Part shown: positions 16,170 to 22,518 of the stretch, in pieces
How positions within the stretch are numbered: position 1 is the stretch's first letter
Layout of the letters: every line of letters begins with the position of its first letter
From: Meiothermus sp.
Lineage (GTDB): Bacteria; Deinococcota; Deinococci; Deinococcales; Thermaceae
Assembly (NCBI GenBank): GCA_033762915.1
Contig: JANRLD010000019.1
Coordinates: 1-22,518 of the forward strand
Length of the DNA stretch: 22,518 nt
Reading direction: 5' to 3'
Made by a program: the position numbers and the translations under genes
Notes under the pieces: generated by a model
What the model saw: the letters and a program-made list of their open reading frames with translations, nothing else
Databases searched by the model: none
Told to the model about the DNA's origin: nothing

Positions 16170-16199
16170 AAACGCCCCCAGGTTCTGGGGGCGTTTTTG
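16170..16199 (+). terminator. Intrinsic terminator after dctP
   Basis: AAACGCCCCCAG-GTT-CTGGGGGCGTTT followed by TTG. Confidence 0.85.
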
Positions 16200-16359
16200 T
16201 CTGGATGCTTGGGCCGGGGCGGCGAGGCCGGCACCTCGCCGCCGGTTTGCCGGGGGAGGGTAGGGTGCCCGGCGCCCCAGACCACCTCCCAACAATCCGG
16301 GAAAAAGGGCTAAACTATGGAAGTGTGGCTTGTGGCACATAGCATTTCTCGGATAGTTT

Positions 16360-18327
16360 ATGGCCGACAACCGCGTCTACTCCCGTTTTGCCCGTAGTCG
16401 GCTTAAGCGCTGGCTGCTCGAGGGCGCCCCCAAACCCTCCGCAGGCTTCTACGAGCCGGAGCACCAGACCCACCAGACCCACCCCTGGTGGCGGGTAATG
16501 TGCCTGACCGGGGTGGACTATTTTTCCACCCTCGGCTACCAGCCGGGCATTGCGGCGCTAGCAGCGGGGGCACTCTCGCCCATCGCCACGCTGGTCCTGG
16601 TGCTGGTGACGCTCTTTGGGGCGCTGCCGATGTACCGCCGGGTGGCAGGGGAGAGTCCCCACGGCGACGGCTCGATCTCGATGCTCGAGCGGCTCCTGGA
16701 GGGCTGGGTGGGCAAGTTCGTGGTGCTGGCCCTGATCGGCTTTGTGGCTACTGGCTTCGTCATCACCATCACCCTCTCGGCGGCCGACGCGGCCAAGCAT
16801 GTGCTGGAGAACCCCTTCTGGCGCGACCACGTCTCGCCCCTGTGGGGCCTGTTGGGCAGCCAGATGTTCGTCACCCTAATGCTGGTCTTTCTGCTGGGGG
16901 CGGTCTTTCTGAAGGGCTTCAAGGAGGCCATCGGGATCGCGGTGCTGCTGGTGCTCTTATTCATCGGGCTGAATCTGATCCTCTTGGCCCACGGCTTCTG
17001 GCTGATTGCCCAGAGCCCCGAGCTCATCGCCAACTGGACCGGCCGCATCGCCCTCGACTACTCCACCCCTGCTGCTGTCATCGTGGCGGCCCTGCTGGTC
17101 TTCCCCAAGCTGGCCCTGGGCCTCTCGGGATTCGAGACCGGGGTGGTGGTGATGCCGCTGGTAAAGGGCAGGCCGGGGGACAACCCCCAGCACCCCGAGG
17201 GGCGCATCCAGAACTCGAGGAGGCTGCTCACCACCGCCGCCCTGATAATGAGCGTGCTGCTGCTCAGCAGCGCCCTGGTCACCACCCTGCTGATCGAGCC
17301 CAGCGCCTTCAAGTCGGGCGGCGAGGCCAACGGGCGGGCGCTGGCCTACCTGGCCCACCAAAACCTGGGCGAAGTCTTCGGCACGCTGTACGACATCAGC
17401 ACCATCCTGATCCTGTGGTTTGCGGGGGCCAGCGCGATGGCGGGTCTGCTCAACATCACCCCGCGCTACCTCCCCCGCTACGGCATGGCCCCCGACTGGA
17501 GCCGGGCGGTGCGACCGCTGGTTCTGATTTTCACCGGGGTTTGCGTGCTGGTGACGCTGCTTTTCCGCGCTGACGTGGATGCGCAGGCGGGGGCCTACGC
17601 GACCGGGGTGCTGGCCCTGATGACCTCCGCGGCCTTCGCGGTGACGCTTTCGGCCATCGCCAAGCGCGAGTCGGCGGCGGCCTTGGGGTTCGGGCTCATC
17701 ACCCTGATCTTTGTCTACACCATCGCGGTGACCGTCCTCGAGCAGCCCGACGGGCTCAAGATCGCCGCGGCCTTCATCGCGGCCATCGTGGTGGTCTCGC
17801 TGGTGTCGCGGGTCTTCCGCTCCACCGAGCTACGGGTGAACAGGGTGCTGGTGGACGCCGAGGCCGAGCAGATTATCCGGCAGCTGGCCCTGGGCGAGGT
17901 ACGCCTGATTGCCAACAAGCGCCATAGCGGAACCACCAGCGAGTACACCCGCAAAGAGGAGGCGGTGCGCCAGCGCACCCACATGCCCGCCCGCGAGGCG
18001 GTGGCCTTCCTCGAGGTCTCGGTCCCCGACGCCTCCGACTTCGCCGACGCGCTTCGGGTGCGGGGGGTCGAGGTGGGTGCGCACCGCGTCCTGCGGGTGC
18101 AGGGCACTTCGGTCCCCAACGCCATTGCGGCCTTGCTGCTGCACGTCCGAGACACCACCGGCAAGGTGCCGCACGTCTACTTTGAGTGGGGCGAGCGCAG
18201 CCCCATCCGCTCGGCCTTCGACTTCATCCTCTACGGCGAGGGCGATGTGCCCACCATGACCCACGAAGTGCTGCGCCAGGCCGAGCCGGACGTCTCGAGT
18301 CGGCCCACCGTGCATGTCGGGGGGTGA
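16360..18327 (+). CDS. APC-superfamily amino acid/cation transporter with C-terminal cytoplasmic domain
   Basis: 655 aa with many TM segments; motifs '[20 protein letters not shown]', '[10 protein letters not shown]', '[10 protein letters not shown]'. Confidence 0.87.
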   Translation: MADNRVYSRFARSRLKRWLLEGAPKPSAGFYEPEHQTHQTHPWWRVMCLTGVDYFSTLGYQPGIAALAAGALSPIATLVLVLVTLFGALPMYRRVAGESPHGDGSISMLERLLEGWVGKFVVLALIGFVATGFVITITLSAADAAKHVLENPFWRDHVSPLWGLLGSQMFVTLMLVFLLGAVFLKGFKEAIGIAVLLVLLFIGLNLILLAHGFWLIAQSPELIANWTGRIALDYSTPAAVIVAALLVFPKLALGLSGFETGVVVMPLVKGRPGDNPQHPEGRIQNSRRLLTTAALIMSVLLLSSALVTTLLIEPSAFKSGGEANGRALAYLAHQNLGEVFGTLYDISTILILWFAGASAMAGLLNITPRYLPRYGMAPDWSRAVRPLVLIFTGVCVLVTLLFRADVDAQAGAYATGVLALMTSAAFAVTLSAIAKRESAAALGFGLITLIFVYTIAVTVLEQPDGLKIAAAFIAAIVVVSLVSRVFRSTELRVNRVLVDAEAEQIIRQLALGEVRLIANKRHSGTTSEYTRKEEAVRQRTHMPAREAVAFLEVSVPDASDFADALRVRGVEVGAHRVLRVQGTSVPNAIAALLLHVRDTTGKVPHVYFEWGERSPIRSAFDFILYGEGDVPTMTHEVLRQAEPDVSSRPTVHVGG

Positions 18328-18399
18328 GCCCTCATTGGGTTTTCCACCAACAATCGGAACGGCGTTTTTTTCCGTACCGAGTGTTCGTGGGAACGGCCC

Positions 18400-19401
18400 T
18401 CAGGTGGACTCGGGCTTTAGCTGGGGCTGGCCCCTAGTCTTCCACAGCGAGTACACAATCCCCGCAGCTAGGATGGCGAAGGTGATGCCCAGCGACAGCG
18501 CGGGCTCCATCTTGCCGAAGAGCTGGTTGTAGAAAATCTTGCCCCCGATGAAGACCAGCACCACGCTTAGAGCCACCTTGAGGTACTTGAAGCGATGCAC
18601 CATCGCGGCCAGCGCGAAGTACAGGGCCCGTAGGCCCAGGATGGCGAAGATGTTGGAGGTGTAGACGATGAAGGGGTCGGTGGTGATGGCGAAAATGGCG
18701 GGCACGCTGTCCACTGCGAAGATCAGGTCGGCCACCTCGACCAGGGCCAGGGCCAAGAACAGCGGTGTGGCGAACCAGACCAGCTTGCCAGATTTCGGGT
18801 CGGGCAGCCTGACCCAGAACTTCTGGCCGTGCAGCTCGTTGGTAACGTTCATCCGGCGGCGCATCCACTTGAGGACCGGGTTCTCCTCGATCTTCACCGG
18901 CTTGTCGCCGACCATCAGCATCTTGACGCCGGTGAGCAGCAGGAAGGCCCCGAAGATCCACATCACCCAGTCGAACTGGCTCACCAGCACAGCACCCAGC
19001 CCGATCATGACGGCCCGCAGCAGGATCACGCCCAGGATGCCCCAGAACAGCACCCGGTGCTGGTAGGCCCGGGGGATGGCGAAGTAGGCGAAGATCATCG
19101 AGATCACGAAGACGTTGTCCATGGCCAGGGTCTTCTCGATGGCGAAGCCGGTCAGGTAGGCCATCCCCGACTCGGCCCCCATGTACCACCAGACCCAGGC
19201 CCCGAAGATCAGGGCGATGGCGATGTAGCCCGCCGAGAGCTTCAGGCTCTCCTTGACCCCGATCTCCCTGTCGCCCCGGCGCTTGGCCAGCACCCCTAAG
19301 TCGAAGGCCAGCAGCACCGCCACGATTCCCACAAAGGCCAGCCACATCCACACCGGGTGGGTGAGGAAGTCCGAGTTAAGCCAGGCGATCAGTCCTTCCA
19401 T
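18400..19401 (-). CDS. TerC/Alx family metal (Mn2+) homeostasis membrane protein
   Basis: Start at MEGLIAW (ATG 19401, AAGGAG RBS). Motifs EKTLAMDNVFV, QHRVLFWGILG, DLIFAVDSVPAI, TSNIFAILGLRALYF. Confidence 0.94.
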   Translation of the reverse strand: MEGLIAWLNSDFLTHPVWMWLAFVGIVAVLLAFDLGVLAKRRGDREIGVKESLKLSAGYIAIALIFGAWVWWYMGAESGMAYLTGFAIEKTLAMDNVFVISMIFAYFAIPRAYQHRVLFWGILGVILLRAVMIGLGAVLVSQFDWVMWIFGAFLLLTGVKMLMVGDKPVKIEENPVLKWMRRRMNVTNELHGQKFWVRLPDPKSGKLVWFATPLFLALALVEVADLIFAVDSVPAIFAITTDPFIVYTSNIFAILGLRALYFALAAMVHRFKYLKVALSVVLVFIGGKIFYNQLFGKMEPALSLGITFAILAAGIVYSLWKTRGQPQLKPEST

Positions 19402-19422
19402 GTCTACTCCTTGGGTGGTGGC

Positions 19423-19460
19423 AAAGAAAAAGACCACCACGACAAAGATCGTGGTGGTCT
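19423..19460 (-). terminator. Riboswitch expression-platform terminator upstream of terC/alx
   Basis: 12-bp stem AGACCACCACGA/TCGTGGTGGTCT, followed on the minus strand by TTTTCTTT. Confidence 0.85.
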
Positions 19461-19546
19461 GGCCTGCGAATCTAGGTTCGCGCGCTCACCGAGGATTTCG
19501 AGTCCCTGAAATGACGGTGAACAACTTGGAGGCTACTCCCCAACCG
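19455..19546 (-). ncRNA. yybP-ykoY (Mn2+) riboswitch
   Basis: Minus strand carries GGGGAGTAGC ... CGTCAT ... GGCCAGACC in the expected order, directly upstream of a TerC/Alx gene. TGnTACCCT -10-like element at 19553-19561. Confidence 0.85.
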
Positions 19547-19642
19547 AGCCTGAGGGTAGCAGAATGCGGGTCGGGGCTCTGCGGCGGGCCATACAGTTGG
19601 CCTCGAGCGGGAAGTGGGTGGGGGAGCCGCACCCGGCTTGCG

Positions 19643-21295
19643 CTAGGGTCCCTGACGCAACGAAGGTAGCCAGGCCGAGATTTGCGGGAAGGCGATGGTG
19701 ATGACCAGCGCGATCACCTGCACGATGATGAAGGGGATCACACCCTTGTAAATGTCCACCGTCTTCACCTCGGGCGGCGCGACCCCGCGCAGGTAGAACA
19801 GCGCGAAACCGAAGGGCGGGGTGAGGAAGGAGGTCTGGAGGTTCATGCCCAGCACAATCCCGAACCACACCAAGTCTATGCCCAGCTCCTGTGCGGCGGG
19901 CAGCACCAGCGGGATCACGATGAACACGATCTCGAAGAAGTCGATGAAGAAGCCCAGGATGAACACCAGGGCGTTGACGAAGATCAGGAAGCCCAGCTCG
20001 CCGCCGGGCAGCGCCACTAGGATGTCTTTCACCAGCACGTCGCCCTCGAGGCCCCGGAACACCAGGGCGAAGGCATTGGCGCCGATCAGGATGAAGGCCA
20101 CCATGCTGGTGAACTTGGCAGTCTCGAGGGTGGCCTGACGGATGATGCCCCAGTTCATGTTGCGGGTCGCCATCGCCAGCAGGATGGCCCCCACCGAGCC
20201 CACCGCGCCGGCCTCGGTCGGGGTGGCGATGCCGAAAAAGATGCTGCCCAGCACCGCCAAAATCAGCAGGATGGGAGGCACCATGATCCCCAGCGACTTG
20301 CGCCACAGCGTCGAACTCAGGCCCAGCCCCGCCAGCAGCAGGACGAAGCTGGTCAGAACCGCGCTGGCCGGGCCTTCGGTGAAGGCCACCAGCGCGATGA
20401 TCGCCACCGCTACGGCCCCGTAGATTTGAACTTGGCTCCGGCTGAGCACCCAGCGCCCGCCCACGATCACGATCCCGATCAGCAGGGCCAGCACCGCAAT
20501 GTCGATGGCGTAGCTGTAGCCCGAGCGGAAGCCCACGAACAGGGTCAGCGCCGCCGCCAACACCCCGTAGCCGATGAGTACGGGCCGGGGGGCGTCGTAG
20601 GAGCGGGTGGCGTTATCGAACTCTTGGATGACCTCTTTGGGCAGAGCGGGAGCCAGTTTGGGGTTTATGAAGGACACCACCGCAACGTAGGCCATCAGCA
20701 TCAGCGAGAGCATCACCCCCGGTATCAGCGCCCCCAGGAAGAGGTCGCCCACGCTCACGCCCAGTTGGTCGCCCAGCACCACCAGCACCACGCTGGGCGG
20801 GATGATCTGCCCCAGTGTCCCGGCGGCGGCGATAGTTCCTGAGGCAAGCTGTTTGGAGTAGCCGTAGCGGATCATGATGGGCAGCGAGATGAGGCCCATC
20901 GCCACCACGGTCGCAGCCACCACACCTGTGGTCGCTGCCAGCAGCGTCCCCACGAAGATCACCGCGATGGCCAGGCCGCCCCTGACCCCGCCGAAGAGCA
21001 TCCCGATGGTCTGGAGCAGACTCTCAGCGAGTTTGGACTTCTCTAAAATCACCCCCATGAAGATAAAAAAGGGGATGGCCAGCAGGGTGTAGTTGGACAT
21101 GATCCCGAAGATGCGCTGCGGGAACAGCCCCACGAAGTTGAAGTCGAAGAGCCCCAGCACCAGCCCCAGCGCCCCGAACAGGATGGCCGTCCCACCCAGC
21201 GCGAAGGCCACCGGGTAGCCGGTGAAGATCAAGACCAAGGCCCCCGCAAACATCAATAGGCCCAGGTACTCGGGGTGCCCGCCAAAGATCTCCAT
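19643..21295 (-). CDS. dctM: TRAP transporter large permease
   Basis: Motifs GYPVAFAL, LLAIPFFIFMG, GTLGQIIPPS, GIATPTEAGAVG, QTSFLTPPFGFALFYLRGVAP. Confidence 0.93.
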   Translation of the reverse strand: MEIFGGHPEYLGLLMFAGALVLIFTGYPVAFALGGTAILFGALGLVLGLFDFNFVGLFPQRIFGIMSNYTLLAIPFFIFMGVILEKSKLAESLLQTIGMLFGGVRGGLAIAVIFVGTLLAATTGVVAATVVAMGLISLPIMIRYGYSKQLASGTIAAAGTLGQIIPPSVVLVVLGDQLGVSVGDLFLGALIPGVMLSLMLMAYVAVVSFINPKLAPALPKEVIQEFDNATRSYDAPRPVLIGYGVLAAALTLFVGFRSGYSYAIDIAVLALLIGIVIVGGRWVLSRSQVQIYGAVAVAIIALVAFTEGPASAVLTSFVLLLAGLGLSSTLWRKSLGIMVPPILLILAVLGSIFFGIATPTEAGAVGSVGAILLAMATRNMNWGIIRQATLETAKFTSMVAFILIGANAFALVFRGLEGDVLVKDILVALPGGELGFLIFVNALVFILGFFIDFFEIVFIVIPLVLPAAQELGIDLVWFGIVLGMNLQTSFLTPPFGFALFYLRGVAPPEVKTVDIYKGVIPFIIVQVIALVITIAFPQISAWLPSLRQGP

Positions 21296-21867
21296 CAGGC
21301 CACCTCGCCTTCAGCCTCGCGCTTGAAACCTGGCAACGCCCCCCGCAGGTAGGCCAGGTTCTTGATGGCCTCGGAGAAGGCCTGCAAGGCCAGTAGGACG
21401 AAGCCAGGTATCAGCAGCGCCTTGACTGGCCAGCGGATCAGACCACCGGGGTCGTTGGAGTATTCCCAGCGCCCCTGATTGAACCAGCCGATGGAGTTTT
21501 GCACGAAGGGTATGCAGACGTAGAGCAGAAGCAGGCAGAGCGGGATCACGAACAGCACTGCGCCCAGCAGGTCAATCCAGGCCTGCTGGCGGAGGCTCAT
21601 CCGGCTGTAGAACACGTCCACCCGCACGTGCCCGTTGTGCAGCATGGTGTAGCCCGCCAGCAGCAGGAAGACCGCCGCGAACATGTACCACTGCAGCTCG
21701 AGCCAAGTGTTGTTGCTCAGGTTGGTGCCGATCTGCTTGTCCAGGGCACGCACCACCGCGTTGTACGCCCCCACCAGCACCATGGCTAGGGCGATCCACA
21801 TGAAGGTGCGCCCCACCCAGTCGTTGAGGCGGTCTATGCCCCTCGAGAGACCCAATAAGACGTTCAC
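21295..21867 (-). CDS. dctQ: TRAP transporter small permease
   Basis: Start reassigned to GTG 21867 (GGAGG RBS). Motifs ELQWYMF, HVRVDVFY, DPGGLIRWPVK. TGATG overlap with dctM. Confidence 0.9.
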   Translation of the reverse strand: MNVLLGLSRGIDRLNDWVGRTFMWIALAMVLVGAYNAVVRALDKQIGTNLSNNTWLELQWYMFAAVFLLLAGYTMLHNGHVRVDVFYSRMSLRQQAWIDLLGAVLFVIPLCLLLLYVCIPFVQNSIGWFNQGRWEYSNDPGGLIRWPVKALLIPGFVLLALQAFSEAIKNLAYLRGALPGFKREAEGEVA

Positions 21868-22063
21868 CCTATTTCCTCCGTAACGTGAGTCGCCCCACTG
21901 TTTTTCGGCTGGGCTAATCCTAACCATCTGCCCGGTCTTAGTCAACGGCGTAAAGGCCCCTGCTTTGAACGCATTCTCGCGATGGCGATGGGGATAAATC
22001 TGCCTAAGGGAACACCGCAAAGCCGCTTACGTTGTCCCCAACCGGCCCCGATACAATAGCCCT

Positions 22064-22518
22064 GTGACCAAAGACGACCTCAAGGCCCGTCTGCTGCGCC
22101 CCATCGTGCGCGAACACGACACCGGGGCCCAGGACAAGGTGGTGGCAGGTGGCCTCGAGAAGCTGATTGAGAACCTGGGCGGGGTCTTCCCCGAGGTGCA
22201 GGGCATCCTGCGCGGCTACCGCGAGATGGACGTGGAGGTGAGGAGGGTTCAGCTCGAGAAGGCGATTGAGCTTCTGGGCGGGCGGCGGGTAACGAGCGAA
22301 GGGAGTCGTGGCTCGGCGGGAGGCGCCAAGCCGAGCCCACAGAGCCGTGCGTCTTCCGCCGCCAGCGCTCAGCCGGGCCGGGCGGCCTCGAGGGGGGGGG
22401 GGGCGGGGGCGGGCGGCCCCCCCGGCGCCCCCGCCCGGCCGGGCCCGCCCGGGCCACCCCCCCCCCCCCGCCCCCCCCCCCCCCCCCCCCCCCCCGCCCC
22501 GCCCCACGCGCGCCGGCG
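22064..22518 (+). CDS. recG: ATP-dependent DNA helicase RecG, N-terminal fragment (sequence reliable only to ~22390)
   Basis: GTG 22064 gives MTKDDLKARLLRPIVREHDTGAQDKVVAGGLEKLIENLGGVFPEVQGILRGY..., which I recognise as the Thermus/Deinococcus RecG N-terminus. TACAAT 6 nt upstream (leaderless). Helicase motifs are not in the window. Confidence 0.75.
   Translation, partial: MTKDDLKARLLRPIVREHDTGAQDKVVAGGLEKLIENLGGVFPEVQGILRGYREMDVEVRRVQLEKAIELLGGRRVTSEGSRGSAGGAKPSPQSRASSAASAQPGRAASRGGGAGAGGPPGAPARPGPPGPPPPPRPPPPPPPPAPPHARR
22391..22518. other. Low-complexity poly-G/poly-C tail, probable sequencing/assembly artefact
   Basis: Abrupt switch to long G and C homopolymers at the window end, inside a coding frame. 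Confidence 0.8.

Noticed and set aside
9228..16285. Long antisense ORFs (9228-10397, 12517-13524, 13967-14896, 15029-16285)
   Set aside because: Shadow frames of well-supported genes, expected in high-GC DNA.
16200..16359. c-di-AMP (ydaO) riboswitch before the APC transporter
   Set aside because: Only a GC hairpin (16218-16243); the conserved GCTGAA...GGGGGAACC...CAGCTAAC elements are absent.
22391..22518. G-quadruplex or poly-Pro/Gly coding repeat
   Set aside because: Homopolymer-rich tail at the sequence end interrupting recG; most likely low-quality read or assembly sequence.

Overview
GC-rich bacterial chromosomal window. Gene content (Thermus-type HolB and RecG N-terminus), leaderless TAnnnT promoters and strong CTCGAG over-representation suggest Deinococcus-Thermus, probably Meiothermus/Calidithermus (inference). 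The left ~3.2 kb looks accessory: the N-terminus of a serine recombinase, then a lipoprotein S8 protease with a (WNAWSGG)x4 prodomain repeat, flanked by a ~85-bp direct repeat containing a covarying hairpin. Next come a MoaD/ThiS-like gene paired with an acetamidase/formamidase gene, a TIM-barrel isomerase gene, and a ~530-nt gene-free region (5750-6285) with many nested long-range helices and pseudoknot-type pairings. That region is a candidate large structured ncRNA and the most interesting feature here. The rest is core-like: membrane protein, roadblock-like protein, tRNA-Glu(TTC), moeA, Tat 5'-nucleotidase, holB, metallophosphoesterase, DUF4384 lipoprotein, a split TRAP transporter (dctP vs dctQM) around an APC transporter and a yybP-ykoY riboswitch-controlled TerC/Alx gene, and the start of recG running into a probable poly-G/C sequencing artefact.
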